Shown: positions 20,642-30,163 of the stretch, piece by piece
Layout: every line of letters starts with the position of its first letter
How positions within the stretch are numbered: position 1 is the first letter of the stretch
Source: an uncultured Omnitrophica bacterium
GTDB lineage: Bacteria; Omnitrophota; Gorgyraeia; JACQQV01
DNA length: 64,000 nucleotides
Direction of reading: 5' to 3'
NCBI GenBank assembly: GCA_947085655.1
Contig: CAMTXH010000003.1
Span: 29,850-93,849 of the forward strand
The notes under the pieces: model-generated
What the model was told of the DNA's origin: nothing
The model's input: the letters and a program-made list of their open reading frames with translations, nothing else
Databases searched by the model: none
Position numbers and translations under genes: made by a program

Positions 20642-23353
20642 ATGCCAAAATACGTTTACTTTTTCGGCGGAGGGAAGGCGGACGGGAATGCCGCAATGAA
20701 GGAGCTTTTAGGCGGGAAGGGTGCGAATCTGGCCGAAATGACCAACGCGGGCGTTCCGGTTCCCCCCGGTTTTACCATCACCACCGAGGTCTGCAAACTC
20801 TTTTACCGGAATCAAAAGAGGGTTCCGTCCGCCATCGCCGATGAGATTGACAAGAATCTCCAGCGGTTGGAGAGGACGATGAAGGCGCGGCTGGGGGATC
20901 CGGTGAATCCTTTGCTCCTTTCCGTCCGCTCCGGCGCAAAATTTTCGATGCCGGGTATGATGGACACGATTCTGAATCTCGGGCTCAACGACAGGACGGT
21001 GGAGGGACTCATCCGGAAGACAAAAAATGAACGGTTTTCCCTCGATTGTTACCGACGCTTCATCCAGATGTTCGGGAACGTTGTCCTCGGAATAGAGAAA
21101 TATGTCTTTGAAGAGATTATTCTGGAGAGGAAAAAACTCCGCCGCATTACCCAGGACACCGAACTGGATACCACCGACCTGAAGGAACTGATCCGGCAAT
21201 TCAAGGAAACGGTCCGCTATGATACCCAGGAAGAGCTGCCGCAGGATGCCCGGCGACAGCTGGAGATGGCGCGGGATGCGGTCTTTCTTTCCTGGAACAA
21301 CGAGCGGGCCATTTTTTACCGGAAACAGTACCGCATTCCGGATGACTTGGGGACGGCGGTGAATGTCCAGACGATGGTCTTCGGAAACATGGGAAAGACC
21401 TCGGGGACCGGCGTCGGGTTTACCCGGAATCCCTCCACCGGTGAAAAGGAGTTCTTCGGAGAGTATCTCACTAATGCGCAGGGCGAGGATGTGGTGGCGG
21501 GGGTCCGGAATCCGAAGCCTATCGGTGAATTGAAGAAAGAGATGCCTTCCGTTTACAAGGAACTGGCGGGAATTACCCGGCGTCTTGAACGGAACTACCG
21601 GGACGTTCAGGATTTCGAGTTTACGATCCAGGAAGGGAAACTTTACATGCTTCAGACCCGGACCGGGAAGCGGACCGGCCCGGCCGCCGTCAAGATTGCG
21701 GTTGATATGGTTCAGGAAAAATTGATTGCCCCCAAGGAGGCGGTGTTGCGGGTGGAGCCGGACCAATTGGACCAGTTGCTTCATCCCCGGATTGACCCGA
21801 AAGTGGAGGTTAAGGTCATTGCCAGGGGTCTGAATGCCTCGCCCGGTGCTGCGGTCGGAAAGGCCTTTTTTGATGCGACGGAGGCGGCCGAGGCGGCCAA
21901 AAAGGGGGAGCGGGTGGTGTTGATCCGAAAGGAGACCTCGCCGGACGATATCCACGGCATTGCCGCGGCACAGGGGATATTGACCGCGACCGGCGGAGCC
22001 ACCTCGCATGCGGTGGTGGTCTCCCGGCAGATGGGCAAGCCCTGCGTGGCCGGATGTTCGGCCATTGCCATCGATGAAGAAAAAGGACTTTTCGAAGTCA
22101 ACGGTCTCCAGGTCAAAAAGGGGGAGATGATTGCGATTGACGGGACAACCGGCCGCGTGATGGTGGGGGATGTCCCGACCATCAAGCCGGATATGCGGGA
22201 TCTGGAAAAAGGCGATTACGGAAAACTCCTCCGCTGGGCAGACCAATACCGGATGCTCGGCGTCCGCGCCAATGCGGATACGCCCCAGGATGCGACCATC
22301 GCCCGGCAAAACGGCGCGGAGGGAATCGGCCTCTGCCGGACAGAGCATATGTTTTTTGCGACGGACCGGCTTCCGATCGTGCAGGAGATGATTCTCGCCT
22401 CCACCCTCGAAGACCGGAAGCGCGTCCTCGACAAACTCGCGCCGATGCAAAAACAGGATTTCAAGGAAATTTTCCGGGTCATGAAGGGACATCCGGTGAC
22501 CATCCGTCTTCTGGACCCTCCTCTTCATGAATTTCTCCCGAATCGGGACGAACTGGTCGAGGAAATTCAGGAACTGGAGCTTTCAAAGAAAGAGCCCGAG
22601 CTTCTCCAGCTAAAGAAAAATCTTTTGGCCCGGATCGCCCAGCTCCATGAGTTTAATCCGATGCTGGGTCTCCGGGGTTGCCGCCTCGGGATTACGATGC
22701 CGGAGATCACGCAGATGCAGGCAAGGGCGATTCTGGAGGCGGCCTGCGAACTGGTCCGGGAGAAGATTCGCGTCTATCCGGAGATCATGATTCCGCTGGT
22801 GGGGACGGTGGAGGAATTCCGTCATCAAAAACGGGTCATCCTGGAAACGGCTGCGGAGGTTTTCAAGGTGCAAGGTCATCCGGTCCGCTTTTTAATCGGA
22901 ACGATGATAGAAATTCCGCGTGCCGCCCTCACCGCCGGAGAAATTGCCAAAGAAGCGGACTTTTTCAGTTTCGGAACCAACGATCTCACCCAAATGACCT
23001 TCGGCTTTTCCCGGGATGATACCGGGAAGTTTCTCCCGAAGTATCTGGACGAAAAGATTCTTAATTTCGATCCCTTTGTCACCATTGACCAGGAGGGCCT
23101 CGGACAACTTATCCGGATGGGGACGGAGAACGGGCGGAAGAGCCGGCCGGAGCTGAAGGTCGGAATCTGCGGTGAGCATGGCGGAGAGCCCCAGAGCGTC
23201 ATCTTCTGTCATAAAGTGGGGCTCAACTATGTCAGTTGCTCCCCCTATCGGGTTCCCATTGCCCGTCTTGCTGCGGCAAGAGCCGCCTTGGAAGAAGAAT
23301 TTCCATCCCCGGGGCGCAAGACTCAGAAAAAAACGCGTTCAAAGCGGAAGTAA
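20642..23353 (+). CDS. ppdK: pyruvate, phosphate dikinase
   Basis: The product is about 903 aa and starts [11 protein letters not shown]. It has PEP-utilising and PPDK domains and a Lys-rich C-terminal tail. Confidence 0.95.
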   Translation: MPKYVYFFGGGKADGNAAMKELLGGKGANLAEMTNAGVPVPPGFTITTEVCKLFYRNQKRVPSAIADEIDKNLQRLERTMKARLGDPVNPLLLSVRSGAKFSMPGMMDTILNLGLNDRTVEGLIRKTKNERFSLDCYRRFIQMFGNVVLGIEKYVFEEIILERKKLRRITQDTELDTTDLKELIRQFKETVRYDTQEELPQDARRQLEMARDAVFLSWNNERAIFYRKQYRIPDDLGTAVNVQTMVFGNMGKTSGTGVGFTRNPSTGEKEFFGEYLTNAQGEDVVAGVRNPKPIGELKKEMPSVYKELAGITRRLERNYRDVQDFEFTIQEGKLYMLQTRTGKRTGPAAVKIAVDMVQEKLIAPKEAVLRVEPDQLDQLLHPRIDPKVEVKVIARGLNASPGAAVGKAFFDATEAAEAAKKGERVVLIRKETSPDDIHGIAAAQGILTATGGATSHAVVVSRQMGKPCVAGCSAIAIDEEKGLFEVNGLQVKKGEMIAIDGTTGRVMVGDVPTIKPDMRDLEKGDYGKLLRWADQYRMLGVRANADTPQDATIARQNGAEGIGLCRTEHMFFATDRLPIVQEMILASTLEDRKRVLDKLAPMQKQDFKEIFRVMKGHPVTIRLLDPPLHEFLPNRDELVEEIQELELSKKEPELLQLKKNLLARIAQLHEFNPMLGLRGCRLGITMPEITQMQARAILEAACELVREKIRVYPEIMIPLVGTVEEFRHQKRVILETAAEVFKVQGHPVRFLIGTMIEIPRAALTAGEIAKEADFFSFGTNDLTQMTFGFSRDDTGKFLPKYLDEKILNFDPFVTIDQEGLGQLIRMGTENGRKSRPELKVGICGEHGGEPQSVIFCHKVGLNYVSCSPYRVPIARLAAARAALEEEFPSPGRKTQKKTRSKRK

Positions 23354-23363
23354 CCGTTTCAAG

Positions 23364-24188
23364 ATGGAATCCATCCGACAATATCTAAAGGAAATCAAAG
23401 ATATTCCCCTTTTGACGCCGGAGGAGGAGATCCGTCTTGCGCGCCTGGTGAAAAAGGGGGATGAAAAGGCGCGCAAGAGGATGATTCAGTCGAATCTCCG
23501 CCTAGTCATCAATATCGCCAAACGGTATACCCACTTGGGCCTTCCGATCATGGATCTGATCGAAGAGGGAAATATGGGGCTCATGAAAGCGGTGGAGAAA
23601 TTCGATCCCAAAAAAGGATACCGTTTTTCGACGTACGGCGCTTGGTGGGTGAAGCAGTATATCACGCGGGCCATCGCGAATCAGGGGAAAACCATCCGTG
23701 TTCCGGTTTACATGGTCGAGACGATCAGCCGGCTTAAAAAGACCCAGGAGCATCTGACCCAGAAATTCGGACGGAAGCCCCGGATCAACGAACTGGCCAA
23801 GGCGATGAAGATGCCGATCAAGAAGGTCCGGCTCATCAGCGATCAGATTTCCCGGACAACCTCCTTGGATGCACCCGTCGGTGAAGATGAGTCCGGTCAG
23901 GTGATCGATTTGATCGAAGACGAGACAAGCAGTTCCCCCGTCGACGAATTCACCAAGGTGATGCGCCACGAGCGGATCAAGGACCTCCTGGAAAAAATGA
24001 ACAAGCGCGAACAGGAAATCCTTTCCCTCCGCTTCGGGCTTCAGGACGGCGCGACCCATACCCTTTCCGAAACAGCCAAGCGCTTCGGGATCACGCGCGA
24101 ACGGGTCCGGCAGATTGAGAATGCCGCCATGCGGAAACTTCGATCTTATCTGGCGGCCCAGGATATGATTCTGAAGGGTCTGGAATAG
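23364..24188 (+). CDS. RNA polymerase sigma factor, sigma-70 family (group-2/RpoS-like, 274 aa)
   Basis: Regions 1.2 to 4 are present, including [32 protein letters not shown] and the [14 protein letters not shown]. It starts 10 nt after the ppdK stop. Confidence 0.85.
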   Translation: MESIRQYLKEIKDIPLLTPEEEIRLARLVKKGDEKARKRMIQSNLRLVINIAKRYTHLGLPIMDLIEEGNMGLMKAVEKFDPKKGYRFSTYGAWWVKQYITRAIANQGKTIRVPVYMVETISRLKKTQEHLTQKFGRKPRINELAKAMKMPIKKVRLISDQISRTTSLDAPVGEDESGQVIDLIEDETSSSPVDEFTKVMRHERIKDLLEKMNKREQEILSLRFGLQDGATHTLSETAKRFGITRERVRQIENAAMRKLRSYLAAQDMILKGLE

Positions 24189-24203
24189 AAAGAGGGGTTT
24201 CCG

Positions 24204-25001
24204 ATGGCACCCAGGGGTCTTTTGCGGCGCGCCTTGGGAGAAAAATTCTACACCAATTTCCTCTGCGCGGAACTGACCCTCAAGACCATTTCCCGGAACC
24301 TCCTTTTCCGAAAACTGGAATCCGAAATTTTTATCCTTCACCGCCTTATCCGGCCGGGCGCGGTCTGTCTGGATATCGGGGCGGCCTATGGACGCTACAC
24401 CCTCTTTTTATCACGGCTCGCCGGCCCGGAAGGGAGGGTGTACAGTTTTGAGCCGGGCGCTTTGAGTTATCGGGTGTTGTCCAACGCGCTCCGCTTCCAC
24501 CGGCTCCAAAACGTGATTCCGGTCCAGAAAGCCCTTTCCAGTCGGCCGGGATGGGGGGAACTTGCGATTCCTGTGAAAAAGGGAGACCGGCTCGGCCTTT
24601 CCCTCGCTCATTTGGAGGTTTCGGGGGATGGGTGCCGACAAAAAACAGTAACGGAGAAAGTTCCGGTCACCACCGTCGACAGTTTTGTGGCCGACCACGG
24701 CCTCCAGCGGGTTGATTTCATCAAATGCGATGTGGAAGGAGGCGAACTTTCCGTTTTTCAGGGGGCCGAGAAGGTGCTGGAACGGGATAGACCCGCACTC
24801 TTGTGCGAGGTGGACCGATCGTTTCTTGCGGCACTCGAGATTTCACCCCGCCAACTCCATCAGTTTTTTTCCCAACTCGGTTACCGTGCTTCCCGCCTGA
24901 ACAATTCAGGCCATCTTGAGGAAGTGAAACATTTGGAAGAGCCGCATAATTATTTTTTTGTCCATCCGGAAGGAGTGTCATGGCGGAACGAAAAAAACTG
25001 A
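24204..25001 (+). CDS. FkbM family methyltransferase
   Basis: The 265-aa product contains LDIGAAYGRYT and FEP, which define the FkbM domain. Confidence 0.8.
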   Translation: MAPRGLLRRALGEKFYTNFLCAELTLKTISRNLLFRKLESEIFILHRLIRPGAVCLDIGAAYGRYTLFLSRLAGPEGRVYSFEPGALSYRVLSNALRFHRLQNVIPVQKALSSRPGWGELAIPVKKGDRLGLSLAHLEVSGDGCRQKTVTEKVPVTTVDSFVADHGLQRVDFIKCDVEGGELSVFQGAEKVLERDRPALLCEVDRSFLAALEISPRQLHQFFSQLGYRASRLNNSGHLEEVKHLEEPHNYFFVHPEGVSWRNEKN

Positions 25002-25825
25002 GTCTCATTGTGATCACCAAAAACGAAGAGGCGAATCTCCGCGAATGCCTGGAGAGCGCGGAGGGACTTCCGGATGAAATTGTCATCGTGGACGATGAGA
25101 GCACGGACCGGACCCGGGAGATTGCACGGGAGTTTACCGATAAAATTTACAGCCGGAAGATGGACCTGGAAGGACGCCACCGGAACTGGGCCGCCTCCCG
25201 TGCCACCCACGACTGGGTGCTCTGGATGGATGCGGATGAACGGATGACGCCGGAACTCAAAGAAGAAATCCGCCAAACCCTCTCGCAGAGCAATGCCAAC
25301 ATCGCCGCCTACTGGATTCCCCGGAAAAACTATCTCGGAAAGAGGTGGCTGAAACATGGCGGCTGGTACGCGGCGCACATCAAACTTTACGACCGGCGGC
25401 TGACCCGTTGGCGGGAAGTGGTGCATGATGTGGTGCACCCAGGAATTGACATCGCGGAGGGGTATAGCGGGAAGGAGTTGAAAAAGCCGCTCATTCATTA
25501 CAATTTCAAGAACATAGAGGATTTTATCCAGAAGGTAAACCGGCACTCTACCTTTGAGGCGGTGAAGTGGCATCTACAGGGGAAGAGGATCACCCTTTGG
25601 CACGGGCTTTGGAAGGCCTTTGACCGTTTTTGGAAGCGTTACGTTTATAAAATGGGTTTCCTGGACGGTCTTGAGGGATTCGTTGCCGCTTTCTTGAGCG
25701 GGTTTTATCAGTTCGCCGCCTATTGCAAGTTCCGGGAAATTCGGAAAGAGGGGATTTATCTGGACCGTGTGGCTCCATCTCCTGACACAAAAGAACAACC
25801 CATTCAGCCCTCCGTGCCCCTGTAG
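24980..25825 (+). CDS. glycosyltransferase family 2
   Basis: The product contains LSLIVITKNEE...IVIVDDESTD...DADE, a GT-A DxD fold. It overlaps the upstream gene by 22 nt. Confidence 0.85.
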   Translation: MAERKKLSLIVITKNEEANLRECLESAEGLPDEIVIVDDESTDRTREIAREFTDKIYSRKMDLEGRHRNWAASRATHDWVLWMDADERMTPELKEEIRQTLSQSNANIAAYWIPRKNYLGKRWLKHGGWYAAHIKLYDRRLTRWREVVHDVVHPGIDIAEGYSGKELKKPLIHYNFKNIEDFIQKVNRHSTFEAVKWHLQGKRITLWHGLWKAFDRFWKRYVYKMGFLDGLEGFVAAFLSGFYQFAAYCKFREIRKEGIYLDRVAPSPDTKEQPIQPSVPL

Positions 25826-25892
25826 CTCAGATGGATAGAGCAGAGGTTTCCTAAACCTCGTGTCGGGAGTTCGAATCTTCCCAGGGGCACCA
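25816..25892 (+). tRNA. tRNA-Arg (anticodon CCU)
   Basis: The cloverleaf is read by eye. The acceptor stem is GCCCCTG/CAGGGGC, followed by A and CCA. The anticodon loop TTCCTAA gives anticodon CCT. T-arm GTTCGAATC. The 5' end overlaps the GT2 stop codon. Confidence 0.88.
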
Positions 25893-25901
25893 CCTTTTAG
25901 G

Positions 25902-27602
25902 ATGCGTCGCAAAGGGATATTTGTCTTTCTAATCATTCTCCTCCTCGGTTTCGCCGTTTATTCGAACACCTTCTGGGCCTCCTTCCAGTTTGACGACGAA
26001 GTGGCCCTTGTCAAGAATCGCGCGATTTGGAGGTTGAATCTTCCTGCTCTCTGGGGGGCCTTCAATACGCGGTTTGTGACGGGGGTCACCTTTGCGCTGA
26101 ATTACGCACTCGGTGGTTTCAACGTCTTCGGTTATCACCTGTTCAATATCACCTGCCACATCCTTTCCTCATTTCTCGTATATGTTCTCGTCAGTTTAGT
26201 TTTTCAGGCGCCCGCAATGAAGGACCATCCACTGGAGTCCCATCGGGAGGGGGTGGCTTTTTGTTCCGGAGTTCTCTTTCTCGTTCACCCGGTTCAGACG
26301 ATGGCGGTGAATTATATTTGGCAGCGGGCTGCCTCCTTGGCGACCTTGTTTTATCTCATCTCGGTGACGTCGTATCTGAAAGCGCGCCTCACCTCGCGGA
26401 GGATCTATTTTGGCGCGAGTCTTTTTTCCACACTCCTCGGCATGTTTACCAAAGAAATCGCCTTTACGATTCCTTTCATGCTTTTCTTGATAGAAATCTT
26501 CTTTCTGGGATCCGAAAAGGATCTTTGGAGGCGGCTCCGCTTTCTTCTCCCGCAGTTTCTTACCCTCTGCGTCATTCCACTTACCCTTTCAAGAGCCAAT
26601 CGTGTGGTGATGCCGGTGATGTATCCCGAGTATCCGATGTCTTATCGGGAGTATCTGTTGACCCAACTGAACGCGTTTCGGACGTATTGGCGTCTTCTTT
26701 TCTTTCCGATTGCTCAGAACGTTGATTATGACTACCCGGTTGCCCGGGGTCTTCTTGAGCCGGGGACATTTTTCTCGTTTTTGTTTTTTCTGGCGATGGG
26801 AGGGGTGATGTTCAAAACGTTCCGGAAGAACCGTCTCCTTTCCTTCGGACTCGCCTGGTTTTTCCTGAGTCTTTCGGTGGAATCGGGCATCCGGCTCCTT
26901 GACCCCATTTTCGAGTACCGGCTTTACCTCCCGATGGTCGGTTTCTCCCTCTTTTTCACAGCCACCTCTTTTTATTTTTTGAAACAGACAAAAAGAATCG
27001 CGATTCTTTTTTCGGTCCTTTTCCTTGTCTTCTCCCTTGCCACGTTCCGACGGAATGCGGTTTGGAGAGATCCGGTGACCTTTTGGGAGGATACTGTCCG
27101 GAAGTCCCCCGGAAAACCGAGGCCTTATAGCAACTTAAGCGGCTCCTATTTGGAGGAGGGACGGATAGAGGAAGCGATTGAGGCCTCCCGAAAAGCCCTC
27201 AAACTCGATCCCTTCTTTGTAGATGCTTTCTATAACCTCGGTCTTGCGTATGCCAGGAAAGGGGAGTATGAAAAGGCCCTGCCGCCCTGGGAAAGGGTGC
27301 TGAAAGAGGAAAAAAACCCAAACCGTCTTGCCGAACTCAATCGGAACTTTGGTGTTATCTCAACCTGGAAAGGAGAGACGGATCAAGCCCTTAGGTATTT
27401 CGAGAAGGCCCTGGAACTGGATCCAGAAAGCCCCGAAATCTGCAACAATCTCGGATACGTTTACTTCACAAAGAGAAAGTATGAACAGGCGGTATCGTTT
27501 TACCAAAAAGCGCTCGAGCTGAGACCTGGCGATTTGGAGGCGGATCAGGGGCTCAAGATGGCCCAGGAACGGTTAAAATGGCAAAAAGGTACCCTGGAGT
27601 GA
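25902..27602 (+). CDS. multi-pass membrane protein with C-terminal TPR repeats (TMTC/DUF1736-like putative GT-C glycosyltransferase)
   Basis: The product is about 566 aa. The N-terminus has a FQFDDE motif and about 10 TM segments. The C-terminus has at least three TPR units. Confidence 0.75.
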   Translation: MRRKGIFVFLIILLLGFAVYSNTFWASFQFDDEVALVKNRAIWRLNLPALWGAFNTRFVTGVTFALNYALGGFNVFGYHLFNITCHILSSFLVYVLVSLVFQAPAMKDHPLESHREGVAFCSGVLFLVHPVQTMAVNYIWQRAASLATLFYLISVTSYLKARLTSRRIYFGASLFSTLLGMFTKEIAFTIPFMLFLIEIFFLGSEKDLWRRLRFLLPQFLTLCVIPLTLSRANRVVMPVMYPEYPMSYREYLLTQLNAFRTYWRLLFFPIAQNVDYDYPVARGLLEPGTFFSFLFFLAMGGVMFKTFRKNRLLSFGLAWFFLSLSVESGIRLLDPIFEYRLYLPMVGFSLFFTATSFYFLKQTKRIAILFSVLFLVFSLATFRRNAVWRDPVTFWEDTVRKSPGKPRPYSNLSGSYLEEGRIEEAIEASRKALKLDPFFVDAFYNLGLAYARKGEYEKALPPWERVLKEEKNPNRLAELNRNFGVISTWKGETDQALRYFEKALELDPESPEICNNLGYVYFTKRKYEQAVSFYQKALELRPGDLEADQGLKMAQERLKWQKGTLE

Positions 27603-27692
27603 GGGAGGAACAAAAATGTACATCCTTTTTCGATTTAACTATATATGAGTAAATGAGTTATATCACTCCCCTTACCCAATTTGAAAAAAAAC

Positions 27693-27721
27693 TTGACATG
27701 TGAAGACCCCTTTGCTAAAAT
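27693..27721 (+). promoter_or_regulatory. sigma70 promoter TTGACA-N17-TAAAAT with ~185-nt leader to OMP gene
   Basis: This is a consensus -35 and a good -10, set in an AT-rich intergenic region. Confidence 0.6.
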
Positions 27722-27910
27722 GCTTTCAACTTCCTCGAAAGGGGAAGGTTTTCTATATGTTAGGTAACTTCACTCAAGGCGAAGAAAGGGGGGATGCACT
27801 CAGAAGCCGAAGTTATCGGACGATGCAGCTAAACACTGCAGGGTCCTGAAAGAATAAGAAGTCAAAGTAGGCTGACCACCTGTAAAAGAAAAGGTTCTTA
27901 GGAGGTATTA

Positions 27911-29293
27911 ATGAAAAAAGTTTCACTGTTTGTGGCTTTGGCGCTTGTCGGGTTTTTAGCCATCCCGGCCTATGCCGAAGTCCAGAACATCAGAGTGAGC
28001 GGTGATGTCCACTCCTTGGGAGTGTACCGCGACAACTTTGATTTGCGGACAACCTCTGGGACATCCAACGACGATGATGAAGATTTCATCATCACGTACA
28101 CCCGCGTCAGAGTGGATGCGGACCTCACCGACAATGTTTCCGCCACTGTCCGTCTCTTGAACGAGCGGGAGTGGGGAGAAGAGGATGATGCGCAGAATGA
28201 AGATGGCGACAGCCGTGTGGCGGTCGACCTTTCGTATGTCACCCTGGGTGAATTCCTCTACTCGCCGTTGACGCTCATGATCGGGCGTCAGGAACTCGGT
28301 TACGGAAACAAGCTCGTGATCGGTGATGTGGACAGCAATGCCTCTTCCCGTCAGACGGGAATTGCGCAGGAATTCAGCAAGAGGAAGGCGTTCGATTCGG
28401 TCCGTGCGGTGCTGGACTTCGATCCGATCGTGATCGACACTTTCCATGCGATTCTCGCGGAAACCGGCACATCCAGCCAGGACTGGACGGTTTCAGGTGT
28501 CGATGCATCCTACGCATTGGGCGATTATGATGCGAACCTGGCCGGTTACTGGGTCTGGTCGAAGCATGCCGATAACAGCGGCACCCCCACCCCACCGCAA
28601 CTCGGTGGCATCTGGACAACATCGACCAACCTGGGTCGGTCGATCCACACCTTGGGGGGGAGGGGTGATATTACCCCGACACCGGCTTTGAATTTGGGGG
28701 GAGAACTTGCCTTCCAGACCGGTGAATATAGCGATGGCCGTGACCAAAACGCCATGGCTGCGCAACTGAACGGTTCCTACACGTTCGATGCGAAGATGCG
28801 TCCGGTTGTGAGGGCTGCTTTCGCCCATTTCTCGGGTGAAGAGGCGGCCGGTACCGGCGACCAGGATTCCTGGATTGCCGCCCATGAGGATCAAAGATGG
28901 GGCATCATTGCTGACCGGATGCAGCTCTCGACCATTAGTGGGAGCACCTGCTCTGGCAGCACCAACGACTGTCCTCAGAGTGCCAATACCAACATGAACA
29001 TCTTCAACCTCGGTGCGGATCTTGAGCCGCTTGAAGATGTCACGCTCAGCGTTGACTGGTATAACTACAGCTTGGATGAAGCGAACGTCAATGCGGCCGG
29101 AAGCGGAAACAATGAAGTCTTCACAACGAACGACGACTACGGTGATGAAGTCGATGTTGTCGTGGCGTACGACTACACCGAGGATGTGACCTTCAACGGA
29201 AGCTTCGCTTGGTTTGGCCCAGGCAATGCTTGGGATAGCGATGCGCAGGATGAAGCACTCCAGGTGACCGGAGGCGTGTTGGTTGCCTTCTAA
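27911..29293 (+). CDS. putative outer-membrane beta-barrel (porin-like) protein, acidic
   Basis: The signal peptide is cleaved at AYA/EV. The product is rich in alternating beta-strand-like segments and ends in Phe (VLVAF). Its GC content is lower than that of its neighbours. Confidence 0.65.
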   Translation: MKKVSLFVALALVGFLAIPAYAEVQNIRVSGDVHSLGVYRDNFDLRTTSGTSNDDDEDFIITYTRVRVDADLTDNVSATVRLLNEREWGEEDDAQNEDGDSRVAVDLSYVTLGEFLYSPLTLMIGRQELGYGNKLVIGDVDSNASSRQTGIAQEFSKRKAFDSVRAVLDFDPIVIDTFHAILAETGTSSQDWTVSGVDASYALGDYDANLAGYWVWSKHADNSGTPTPPQLGGIWTTSTNLGRSIHTLGGRGDITPTPALNLGGELAFQTGEYSDGRDQNAMAAQLNGSYTFDAKMRPVVRAAFAHFSGEEAAGTGDQDSWIAAHEDQRWGIIADRMQLSTISGSTCSGSTNDCPQSANTNMNIFNLGADLEPLEDVTLSVDWYNYSLDEANVNAAGSGNNEVFTTNDDYGDEVDVVVAYDYTEDVTFNGSFAWFGPGNAWDSDAQDEALQVTGGVLVAF

Positions 29294-29341
29294 GGCAAGT
29301 TCCTAACGGCCTGCTTCGGCAGGTCGCCTACAAAGGTTTAA

Positions 29342-29380
29342 CCCCCCTGGGTCTACAAGACCCAGGGGGGTATTGTTTTA
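29342..29380 (+). terminator. rho-independent terminator
   Basis: CCCCCCTGGGTCT-aca-AGACCCAGGGGGG is followed by TATTGTTTT. Confidence 0.85.
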
Positions 29381-29401
29381 GTCCCTCTTGAAAGTCCGGG
29401 A

Positions 29402-29518
29402 GTTGCCTCCGCTTGCCGCTCGCTTCGATGACGCATCTTTGCTCGCTGTGGAGCAAATCCGCCGCGACACTGGATCGCGGTTTGGGATGCGTCGGATTTT
29501 CTACAGTCGCTCCGGCAA
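29402..29518 (+). repeat. 117-nt conserved structured element, copy 1 (candidate ncRNA or MITE-like element) enclosed by 13-bp inverted flanks GAAAGTCCGGGAG / CTCCCGGACTTTC
   Basis: It is 115/117 identical to 62863-62979. It contains the internal hairpins TTTGCTC-gctgtg-GAGCAAA and CCGCGA-cactgga-TCGCGG. Confidence 0.7.
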
Positions 29519-29542
29519 ACTCCCGGACTTTCTTTGGTGAGA

Positions 29543-30160
29543 CTAAAGAAAAAACGTGAGGACTACCACGAGGAGGACATACAGCCGGTAGGGCCAGCTT
29601 TGGCGGGGGAAGTCCCAGAAGAGGATTTTTTCAAAAAGGGAGGGGGGAGGAGTGTTTTGAAGGAGGCGGCGGGTATGCCGGATCCGGTGAATCAAGGTTA
29701 ATGTCCCGCCAACGGCGAGAATCCAAAGGACAACAGGCAAACGGTTGGCCAAAAGTCCCAAAAGAAGAAGAATAAGCCGCTCCGGCCTTTCCCAGAATCC
29801 GACCCGGCAGTTTTCAATGAAGTTTTCCGCCCGGGCCCGGGTGTAACTGACGAGCATTGCGCTTCCGATGGCCCAGTAGGCCGCGCCGGCCAAAAGCAAG
29901 CGCCCTTCCTTCAGATAAAAAAAGAGAATTCCCGCATAAAAAATGAGTTCTGTCACACGATCCGTGGCGGAATCCAAAAAAGCGCCGAAAGGAGTGATCC
30001 TTCCCCGTTTTTTGGCGGTGTATCCGTCCAAAAAATCACAAAGAGAAACACCGACTCCGAGAAAAAAAGCGGCGAGGAATGCGCCGCGCAATAAAAACCA
30101 AAAGGCAAAAAGACTTAAGGGGAGTGCCGAGAGGGTAATCCCGTTCGGGGAAAGGCGCAA
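29543..30160 (-). CDS. CDP-alcohol phosphatidyltransferase (putative phosphatidylinositol-phosphate synthase)
   Basis: The motif DG..AR..G....G...D...D appears as CDFLDGYTAKKRGRITPFGAFLDSATDRVTE. It is a membrane protein encoded immediately downstream of MIPS. Confidence 0.8.
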   Translation of the reverse strand: MRLSPNGITLSALPLSLFAFWFLLRGAFLAAFFLGVGVSLCDFLDGYTAKKRGRITPFGAFLDSATDRVTELIFYAGILFFYLKEGRLLLAGAAYWAIGSAMLVSYTRARAENFIENCRVGFWERPERLILLLLGLLANRLPVVLWILAVGGTLTLIHRIRHTRRLLQNTPPPSLFEKILFWDFPRQSWPYRLYVLLVVVLTFFL

Positions 30161-30163
30161 GGC

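Noticed and set aside
20708-22528. 606-aa minus-strand ORF inside ppdK
   Set aside because: It is a shadow ORF. ppdK homology is unambiguous on the + strand.
29402-29518. Possibility that the 117-nt element is a retron msr/msd or a CRISPR leader
   Set aside because: There is no adjacent reverse transcriptase or cas gene. The inverted flanks resemble retron a1/a2, but there is no RT ORF within several kb on either side.
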